Shown: positions 10,149 to 17,115 of the stretch, one piece after another
Layout of the letters: each line of letters starts with the position of its first letter
Numbering within the stretch: position 1 is the first letter of the stretch
Source: Escherichia phage SUT_E520
Sequence record: OQ990040
Reading direction: 5' to 3' (one strand)
DNA length: 64,000 nucleotides
Translations under genes and position numbers: made by a program
Notes under the pieces: model-generated
Told to the model about the DNA's origin: nothing
Database searches by the model: none
The model's input: the letters and a program-made list of their open reading frames with translations, nothing else

Positions 10149-10290
10149 TTGGCTTTCCTTTTTATAGTTATCAGGATTTAAGGAATATTCTACTTTATTA
10201 TCGGTCATTAGGCAAATAAAATTTTCTGATAGAAAAGGCCCGAGTATTTTCATACCCAGGCCCTGTATATTACCAGTCTAGCTTTTTAGC

Positions 10291-10512
10291 TTATTCAATT
10301 ACTTTAGCTCTAGCTACTTCTTTTAATAGAATATCTATGGAGGTGCTCAGCTCGTTATAATTGAATGGTTTATTTGGATTTGAGGTTACAATTTTCCACG
10401 CTAGGGTTGTCTTAGGACTTTCTTCCCCTTCCTTACGTGTAATCATATTAGCAGCACTCAGTGAAGTACGATGTATTTTAGTTTTACGGCTCAGATGAAC
10501 GACGTTTCCCAT
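10291..10512 (-). CDS. hypothetical protein (about 73 aa from MGNVVHL)
   Basis: ATG at 10512 one nt after the PhoH stop, preceded by GGGGAAGG RBS; the longer track ORF 10291..10581 overlaps PhoH. Confidence 0.35.
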   Translation of the reverse strand: MGNVVHLSRKTKIHRTSLSAANMITRKEGEESPKTTLAWKIVTSNPNKPFNYNELSTSIDILLKEVARAKVIE

Positions 10513-10513
10513 A

Positions 10514-11275
10514 TTACACCTTCCCCATGTCTTTAAAAATATCATAGAATGCTTTAGACTCAACAGAACGAACGTTATCAATCAATTCGATCATTGAGAA
10601 TGGGGCATTTTCGTATTTTTCATAGACTTCCATAAGGAGTGCTAGACCTGAGTCACCTTTAATGTCTTTCTGAGCTATATCTCCGCAGATAATTAAACGG
10701 CAGTCTTGTCCTACACGAGTTAGGAGACAAATCATTGCCTCAACGGAAATATTCTGAGCTTCATCGACAATTACATAGGAGTTGTTGAAAGTTCTGCCAC
10801 GAGCATGTTCGACAGCCAAAAATTTAATTTTCTGACGTTCGACATATCCTTTATACGCATGATCGCCGATGGCCCATTTCATACCATCAGCTATTGGCTC
10901 CAACCAAGGCTCTAGCTTTTCCGCTAGATCACCAGGAAGCATACCAAGAGACTTACCTAGAGGTTCATTAGGACGTACGAGAATCACTTGCTCAATATCT
11001 GAGTGAATGTCTGCGAGTTCCTGAGCTGCAAGAACGGACGGAATAAAGGTTTTACCAGTACCTGGCTCACCGATACCCACAGTCACTGTGTTGTTCTTGA
11101 TCATATTGATATATGATTTTTGCTCGCGGTTTTTACCTACTAGGGATTTAGCAACTGGGTTAGCGTAATCATTAGAAAAATCAGCCTGAATTACGTTATT
11201 CTCATATTTGTTGCCACGCTTTCTTGAACCATTACGGTTCTCTCTTTTTTGACGTGCTTTTCCCATAAATAACAC
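10514..11275 (-). CDS. phoH: PhoH-like ATPase
   Basis: Walker A GEPGTGKTF and Walker B VIVDEAQN in PhoH-like context. Confidence 0.85.
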   Translation of the reverse strand: MLFMGKARQKRENRNGSRKRGNKYENNVIQADFSNDYANPVAKSLVGKNREQKSYINMIKNNTVTVGIGEPGTGKTFIPSVLAAQELADIHSDIEQVILVRPNEPLGKSLGMLPGDLAEKLEPWLEPIADGMKWAIGDHAYKGYVERQKIKFLAVEHARGRTFNNSYVIVDEAQNISVEAMICLLTRVGQDCRLIICGDIAQKDIKGDSGLALLMEVYEKYENAPFSMIELIDNVRSVESKAFYDIFKDMGKV

Positions 11276-11618
11276 TCCTATAGTGTACTTCGCTAACAGA
11301 GGATCAACAAAAAGATCTTGTTTATCAACTTACAAATATATTATACCAATATATACAGTAAAAAGCAACTACAATTTTAAATAAGCCTATGATATTGCAT
11401 TTAAATAAAAAATTTGCTTGCTTTTAACGTGAGATGTGTGATACTAGATAATCATTTTATATCGCGTGCACGAGTGTGTGATTATACAATTTTTAATAGA
11501 GATTGGCAAATAAAATTTTTTGACTCAGATCATGTTACAGAACTTTATAGTAAAATATTGTTGACATCCGCCCTCGAATGAGTTATAATAGTAGTCTTAG
11601 TTAGAGAAGGAGAGTATA
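11276..11618. promoter_or_regulatory. divergent AT-rich promoter region between phoH (minus) and nrdD (plus)
   Basis: 340 bp non-coding with several TTGCTT/TTGACA and TATAAT-like hexamers on both strands. Confidence 0.5.
11561..11589 (+). promoter_or_regulatory. sigma70-type promoter for nrdD
   Basis: TTGACA - 17 bp - TATAAT, then GAAGGAG RBS and ATG at 11619. Confidence 0.6.
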
Positions 11619-13493
11619 ATGAATCGCAATGAAGAACTAAAGTATAAAGAAATGCAGGCGTTAATTAGAAACTGCAAAGAGATTATCGAAGGGTCAGCAG
11701 ATGAAGAGCTGCTGTTTAATAATGCTAATAAACCCTCAGAACGTTTCCCTACACAAAGGGATATGCTTGCAGGTGAATTGAGTAAGTATCTGATTCTAGA
11801 AGAAATGCCAATTCAGATTCGAAATGCTCATATGATTGGGGATATTCATTTCCATGATGCTGATTATGCTGCATTAGGCATGACTAACTGTTGTCTGGTA
11901 GCTTTGGAAGATATGTTGAAGAATGGTATGAAGGTTGGTAATGCTGAAATTAGCACTCCAAACTCTATCACTACTGCGGCGGCTATTACTGCTCAGATTA
12001 TCACTCAGGTTAGCTCCCATCAGTATGGTGGTACTTCTGTAGACCGCCTTGATGAAGTATTAGCCCCTTATGTTCGTAAATCATATGACAAAAATCATGC
12101 GTTTGCAAAACGTTGGACTAAGGATGAAGCCAAAGCATCCGTAATGGCTACGGAGATGACTGAAAAGGAAGTCTATGACGCTTGTCAGGGTTTAGAATAT
12201 GAAATCAATACCATGTTCAACTCTAACGGTCAGAGTCCATTTATTACCTTTGGTTTTGGTCTAGGAACTTCTTGGGAAGCACGTCTAGTACAGAAAGCAA
12301 TACTGAAAGTACGCATGGATGGTTTAGGTATCAATAAACGTACAGCTATCTTCCCGAAACTGGTATTTGTACTTCGTGATGGTGTTAACATGAAACCAGG
12401 AGATGTTAATTATGACATCAAGAAGTTAGCTATGAAATGTACTGCTGAACGTATGTATCCAGATTATATCAGCTATGACAAAGTTGTAGAAGTTACTGGA
12501 GACTATAAAGTTTCTATGGGCTGTCGTTCATTCCTAGCTGCTACAGAAGATGGTGAAACTGCCGGTCGTAATAACTTAGGTGTTGTTTCTGTAAACTTGC
12601 CTAGAATTGCTATCGAAGCTGAAGGAAATATTGACCTATTTTTTGATTTGCTTGAACTGCGTGTGGATACAGCGTTAAAAGCATTGGAGTGGAGAGTTGA
12701 TCGCTTAAAATACATCCAAGCTAAAGCTGCACCCATCCTCTATATGTCAGGAGCCTTTGGGTTACGCTTGGAGCCTGATGAATATGTATTCGATCATTTC
12801 TATAATCGTGCTTCTGTATCTCTAGGGTATATTGGCTGCCATGAAATGCTACAGTTCATGTTTGGCAAAGATATAGACACAATGTCCGAGACCTGCATCA
12901 AGTTTGTTCAGCGTGTATTGCAGTACATGCGGGATAGAGTCGATCAGAAGAAGGAAGAAACTAAGTTAGGTTATAGCCTGTATGCTACACCATCAGAATC
13001 CCTATGTGATCGCTTTTGTCGTCTAGACCGTGAATATTTCCCGGAACATGAAGATATTCTGTCCAAAGGATACTACACTAACTCTCACCACCTTGATGTG
13101 GAACGTAAAGTTGCTCCTAACGTGAAATTTGATTATGAATCTAACTTTACTCCGATTGCTTCTGGTGGGTGTATTTCCTACGTAGAATTACCGGATATGA
13201 AACGATTCCCAGATGCACTGGAATGGGTTATTAATTATGCTGCTAGTAAGGTTCATTACTTCGGTATTAATACTCCAGTGGATTCTTGCGGTAAATGTGG
13301 ATTCTTAGGTGAAACAATAGCATCCGAAGATGGATTTAAGTGCCCTATCTGTGGTAATCATGACCCCGAAACTCTTGAAGTAACTCGTCGAGTTTGTGGG
13401 TATCTTGGAAATCCGGGTGCTCGTCCATTTAACCCCGGCAAACAGCACGAGGTGATGGGCAGAGTGAAACATCAGGATATTCGAGCTAAATAA
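11619..13493 (+). CDS. nrdD: anaerobic ribonucleoside-triphosphate reductase (class III)
   Basis: C-terminal glycyl-radical motif RVCGYLGNP and Cys cluster CGKCGF...CPICG. Confidence 0.85.
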   Translation: MNRNEELKYKEMQALIRNCKEIIEGSADEELLFNNANKPSERFPTQRDMLAGELSKYLILEEMPIQIRNAHMIGDIHFHDADYAALGMTNCCLVALEDMLKNGMKVGNAEISTPNSITTAAAITAQIITQVSSHQYGGTSVDRLDEVLAPYVRKSYDKNHAFAKRWTKDEAKASVMATEMTEKEVYDACQGLEYEINTMFNSNGQSPFITFGFGLGTSWEARLVQKAILKVRMDGLGINKRTAIFPKLVFVLRDGVNMKPGDVNYDIKKLAMKCTAERMYPDYISYDKVVEVTGDYKVSMGCRSFLAATEDGETAGRNNLGVVSVNLPRIAIEAEGNIDLFFDLLELRVDTALKALEWRVDRLKYIQAKAAPILYMSGAFGLRLEPDEYVFDHFYNRASVSLGYIGCHEMLQFMFGKDIDTMSETCIKFVQRVLQYMRDRVDQKKEETKLGYSLYATPSESLCDRFCRLDREYFPEHEDILSKGYYTNSHHLDVERKVAPNVKFDYESNFTPIASGGCISYVELPDMKRFPDALEWVINYAASKVHYFGINTPVDSCGKCGFLGETIASEDGFKCPICGNHDPETLEVTRRVCGYLGNPGARPFNPGKQHEVMGRVKHQDIRAK

Positions 13494-13500
13494 GCTAATC

Positions 13501-13537
13501 AGCCGGGTTGCTAGTCGACCTGGCTTTTATTTTATTT
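13501..13537 (+). terminator. rho-independent terminator after nrdD
   Basis: AGCCGGGT / ACCTGGCT stem (one G-U pair) followed by TTTTATTTTATTT. Confidence 0.55.
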
Positions 13538-13564
13538 GCTTTCAGCCAAAAATTTATATATAAT
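13536..13564 (+). promoter_or_regulatory. early promoter with conserved leader
   Basis: TTGCTT - 17 bp - TATAAT, then ATAAATTTGAGAGGAG leader and ATG at 13593. Confidence 0.55.
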
Positions 13565-13592
13565 AGATTTATAAATTTGAGAGGAGAAAGGT

Positions 13593-13973
13593 ATGGAATT
13601 AAAGCCCTATATAGTTGAGTCTACATGTGGTGGTTTCCATCTTGGCGTAGACGATCTTAGAGAAGCTATTTTTGCATCTACTGGAGATTATTCCCATCTA
13701 GAGGGTATTGGATATTCATCAATTATTGGTGATTGGGTAGAAACAAATCTAGATGTATCACCATATAACTCAGATTGCTTGTTTGACGAGGATGAGGATG
13801 AAATAAAGTATGATATTGAATTTGTTTATAATAGAGTATTAAAAGTATACCAACGTAATCCCGAGGGATACGAAGATATTACTAAAGGTATTAAACAGTA
13901 TCTTAAAGATGTATACTATAATTTTTCTGATGAAGACCTAGAAACAGTTGCAGTGGAGTTTAATAATGGCTAA
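13593..13973 (+). CDS. hypothetical acidic protein (126 aa)
   Basis: ORF with strong RBS; acidic stretch DEDEDE. Confidence 0.45.
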   Translation: MELKPYIVESTCGGFHLGVDDLREAIFASTGDYSHLEGIGYSSIIGDWVETNLDVSPYNSDCLFDEDEDEIKYDIEFVYNRVLKVYQRNPEGYEDITKGIKQYLKDVYYNFSDEDLETVAVEFNNG

Positions 13974-14172
13974 GAATGTAAAACATCTTAAATATCGCTT
14001 AATTTACAATGGACGTATGGAAACAGAAGACCTGGCCCAATTAGCTATTAATTCTAACGAGGTTACAGTGCGTGCGCTGGCAATTGAAAAGTTGCGTGCC
14101 TCTTATGAAAATCGTGTTATGGAACTAGAGGAGAAACTTTATGGCATTCTCGAAGCCGATGCTACCAGATAA
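13948..14172 (+). CDS. hypothetical protein (74 aa)
   Basis: ORF track; overlapping operon spacing. Confidence 0.35.
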   Translation: MQWSLIMAKNVKHLKYRLIYNGRMETEDLAQLAINSNEVTVRALAIEKLRASYENRVMELEEKLYGILEADATR

Positions 14173-14362
14173 GGGTTTAAACGCCGCTTTGGAAAACGCA
14201 TTAATGCAGCACTGGGAAACTGGCTATAAGGATGGTGTTGAATCCTGCGCTACTATGCTAGAAGTTATTGCTAATACCTTAATGGAGAAAGGCAATAAAG
14301 AATTAGCTGAGCTATTAGACAGTATTGGGCAAAACTTCAGAGAACAGGTGAAAAATGCGTAG
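14141..14362 (+). CDS. hypothetical protein (73 aa)
   Basis: ORF track; overlapping operon spacing. Confidence 0.35.
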   Translation: MAFSKPMLPDKGLNAALENALMQHWETGYKDGVESCATMLEVIANTLMEKGNKELAELLDSIGQNFREQVKNA

Positions 14363-15170
14363 ATTAATTGTTATTAGCGGTGCAGGTTTGAGTGTTGAAA
14401 GTGGTGTACGAGCTTTTCGTACTGATACTGCTAGTGGTAAAGCATTGTGGGATGATTATGATCTAGAAGAAGTATGTAATATTCATGCCTTTCGTGGTAA
14501 TTTTTATCATAAAACCCATATGTTTTACAACAAGCGTCGTGAAGAGCTAAAAACTGTTGAACCCAATCTTGCGCATTTGCGTATCGGTGAATGGTATAAA
14601 CAATATCCAGGTCAAGTAGTAAACTTGACTACCAACGTTGATGACCTTATTGAGCGTTCTGGCGTTCCACATAATGACATTCTACACATTCATGGATATT
14701 TAAAAGAGGTTGTTGTAGCTGATAGCTACAATAGTAGCAATAAACGGATTATTGATGTAGGATACAATTCTATTGATCCAGATGATTATAAATGGGTTAA
14801 ACCTAATGTAATCTTCTTTGGAGAGCATGCTCCAGCATATGCGGAGATGTACAATGTTTTTGATGGTATTACCAGTCAAGATATGATCATTGTGGTTGGT
14901 TGCTCTAACCAAGTAATTAACTTCTACTGGGAATTATTTCCTGTTCTTAATTTGACTGCTGCCAAGCTAATGGTTGTTAACTACTATGATAGTGCCCTAG
15001 CGGCGGAACCGAGCTATCAAGGTATGACTCGTAGTGAGATGTACCAGCTGGAAGAACGCGGTATCCCTTACTGGGGTAAAGGTGCGGTAGATGCTTTCAG
15101 TGATCCTGATTTTATTGCTCGTGTAGAAGCTCATTTAGGGGGTAGACCTTATGTGTCAGGAAATAAGTAA
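14355..15170 (+). CDS. Sir2-like (sirtuin-fold) NAD-binding protein lacking the zinc ribbon
   Basis: GAGLSVESGVRAFR, NLAH...TTNVDDLIERSG, HIHGYL, PNVIFFGE and VVGCS align by eye to CobB/sirtuin motifs; no CxxC...CxxC zinc-binding cysteines. Confidence 0.7.
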   Translation: MRRLIVISGAGLSVESGVRAFRTDTASGKALWDDYDLEEVCNIHAFRGNFYHKTHMFYNKRREELKTVEPNLAHLRIGEWYKQYPGQVVNLTTNVDDLIERSGVPHNDILHIHGYLKEVVVADSYNSSNKRIIDVGYNSIDPDDYKWVKPNVIFFGEHAPAYAEMYNVFDGITSQDMIIVVGCSNQVINFYWELFPVLNLTAAKLMVVNYYDSALAAEPSYQGMTRSEMYQLEERGIPYWGKGAVDAFSDPDFIARVEAHLGGRPYVSGNK

Positions 15171-15663
15171 TACTCCAATTATTTTTCTAGACATTGATGG
15201 GGTGCTCAATTCGAGCATCTCCCACTATCATGCACCTGATGATGAAAAGATTTTCTTTGGAAGTGATTGGGTTTTCAAACCGCTTCTCAAGGCTTTTCAG
15301 GACTTTATTCGTCCTTCTCCAATAATGATTGTTGGAGTATCATCTTGGTTCTCTGTCAGAAATGAGATGGAGAACGTTCAGATTATGACCGGATTAGGCC
15401 TTATCGATCGTTTTCTTGGTACAACGGATTTTACTGGTGGTGGATTATCTAGGGGTAATTCTGTTCTTCGCTTCGTTGAAAAGCATAAGCTCAAACATTG
15501 GTGTGTGCTTGATGATGCGGGTGCTATGATGTATCAGTATCCAACGGTTATAGTCAACGGTAGGACTGGTATAAATCTTCAAGATTTAAAAGCTGTTAGC
15601 TATATGCTAGAATTTAGCCCAGATCTTGAAATGTGTAAATCCTTACAACAATTTAAGGTGTAA
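15151..15663 (+). CDS. HAD-superfamily phosphatase-like protein
   Basis: N-terminal FLDIDGVL (HAD motif I, DxDG) and a later VLDDAG acidic motif. Confidence 0.5.
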   Translation: MCQEISNTPIIFLDIDGVLNSSISHYHAPDDEKIFFGSDWVFKPLLKAFQDFIRPSPIMIVGVSSWFSVRNEMENVQIMTGLGLIDRFLGTTDFTGGGLSRGNSVLRFVEKHKLKHWCVLDDAGAMMYQYPTVIVNGRTGINLQDLKAVSYMLEFSPDLEMCKSLQQFKV

Positions 15664-15665
15664 AT

Positions 15666-16094
15666 ATGTTCAATAATGTATTCTCTAAAGAAGCTAACCC
15701 AATTTTGGTTAACTTTTGGCGTACTCTTCCAGCTAGCCTGTATAATGAGGCTATTAACTCTTTGAAAATATGGTGTGAGAATAACGAAATCTACTTTGCT
15801 TTTAAAGATGATATTGATGAAGCCCCCTGTATTGGTTTAATTGTTCAGGTAGAGGAGGGTCTTGAAGAGATTGTCGGCTGGAAAGAGTTAGATGAAATGG
15901 GCTTAGTTTTTGCGTTAAACTATAAGCTGTTTATGCCTGCTAAGCATCGCCTCGTTGTTAACTATAAAACTAGTGAATCTCCTGGTTTTCAAGTTAATGA
16001 ACGTTACGGTTGGTCTTACTCACCAGAAGAAGTGAATGATGGTATCCAAAAACTTCGCCGTTTCGGGTATATGATCCCAGGTTTAACTGCTTAA
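15666..16094 (+). CDS. hypothetical protein, paralog 1 of a tandem pair
   Basis: Shares DEAPCIGLIV, ELDEMGLVFALNYKLFMP and C-terminal RFGYMIPGL with the next ORF. Confidence 0.5.
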   Translation: MFNNVFSKEANPILVNFWRTLPASLYNEAINSLKIWCENNEIYFAFKDDIDEAPCIGLIVQVEEGLEEIVGWKELDEMGLVFALNYKLFMPAKHRLVVNYKTSESPGFQVNERYGWSYSPEEVNDGIQKLRRFGYMIPGLTA

Positions 16095-16103
16095 GGAGGC
16101 AGA

Positions 16104-16493
16104 ATGGAACAAGTATATTGGCGTCAGATTGACCCTAGTTTGGTGAAACGTGCGGAGAAGCTGCTACAACGTTGGTTGGGGGTAAGACAAGCCTCCTTCA
16201 CTTTTCCTGAGCAGCAAATAGATGATCCATGCATTGGCGTTTTCCTGTCTGGATACGCCAGGGAATGGGAACTGGATTGGAATGAGTTGTCTGCTATGGG
16301 TTTAATTGTTGCCCTAAATTTCTCTTTGTTCCATCCACGTGGTTTTGCCATATGTCGTGTGCCGGATGATGGTTGTTCGCCCCATCTTTTACAGGTGGAA
16401 AATGATATTTGGGAGTACACTCCAGATATTCTCAAAGAAGCTAAAGAACAATTAAACCGTGTTGGGATATATGTTCCGGGATTAAATGACTAA
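16104..16493 (+). CDS. hypothetical protein, paralog 2 of a tandem pair
   Basis: DDPCIGVFLSG, ELSAMGLIVALNFSLFHP and C-terminal RVGIYVPGL; GGAGG RBS. Confidence 0.5.
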   Translation: MEQVYWRQIDPSLVKRAEKLLQRWLGVRQASFTFPEQQIDDPCIGVFLSGYAREWELDWNELSAMGLIVALNFSLFHPRGFAICRVPDDGCSPHLLQVENDIWEYTPDILKEAKEQLNRVGIYVPGLND

Positions 16494-16519
16494 TGATTTT
16501 TATTAGCTGAACTCTGATT

Positions 16520-16545
16520 ACCGAGTCATTTTGGCTCGGTTTTAT
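16520..16545 (+). terminator. rho-independent terminator after the paralog pair
   Basis: ACCGAG - 9-nt loop - CTCGGT followed by TTTTAT. Confidence 0.55.
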
Positions 16546-16587
16546 CCGTACTCAAGACCAATGATAGCACCATCCGGAAAATTTTAC

Positions 16588-16616
16588 TTGCAGGATGCTC
16601 AAAATCTTGATATAAT
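16588..16616 (+). promoter_or_regulatory. promoter firing into the 16,620-17,115 non-coding region
   Basis: TTGCAG - 17 bp - TATAAT followed by a leader (ATTTATATTGAATTGAGAGAT) resembling the conserved early leader. Confidence 0.5.
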
Positions 16617-16679
16617 ATTTATATTGAATTGAGAGATATTAGTAAAAATTGATTTTGCTAATTTTTCTTGTTTACAATC

Positions 16680-17010
16680 CGCGATACGGAACAGTTAGGC
16701 TGCCCAATTAAGGGTTGTTTTAACTGTTACGTGTTAGTTTTTAAACAAATAGTTAATAGAATACTTAGCGATCTGCGTCCCGTAGGAACCCTGGTAAGGC
16801 CTCGAAGCAACCTAGATAGAGGTGGTTGTGAAGTGAGACGGGAGGAGTGAAAAACTCCGAGACGTGATTCTGTAAGTTATATTGCATCTAGTATGAGCTA
16901 GTACATGAAGCATTAGGTGAGCAAATCTGGCTTAGCGGCCATCCTCAAGGATTTGTGCGGTATAGCAAAGCAGCAGCGCAGCGTGAAAGTGGAAGTTGCC
17001 ACCCCACTTC
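16680..17010 (+). ncRNA. candidate structured non-coding RNA or long 5' leader / origin-proximal element
   Basis: GC-richer block with several local hairpins (e.g. GGAGTGAAAAACTCC), no credible ORF (only a TTG-start 60-aa ORF without RBS), no tRNA T-loop. Confidence 0.3.
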
Positions 17011-17115
17011 AGTATTTGCGATTAATTTGTTGAGAAATTGACAGTAACAGTTGTTCTATTCTTTCTGAATAGTCCTAAAGAAAACTTATTTCATTTCCAA
17101 CACAGGAGTATTGTT

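Noticed and set aside
10149-10253. N-terminal 35-codon extension of nrdA suggested by the longest ORF
   Set aside because: Extension (MKILGPFLSENFICLM...) has no RBS, whereas ATG 10148 has AAGGAAA upstream and begins the ATP-cone.
16668-16850. 60-aa ORF inside the intergenic region
   Set aside because: TTG start without a Shine-Dalgarno sequence and Cys/Arg-rich composition typical of GC-rich non-coding sequence; treated as part of the candidate structured RNA.
16494-17115. Possible tRNA gene(s) in the long intergenic region
   Set aside because: No GTTCRANYC T-loop or cloverleaf-compatible acceptor/T-arm pairing found by eye here or in the other intergenic spacers.
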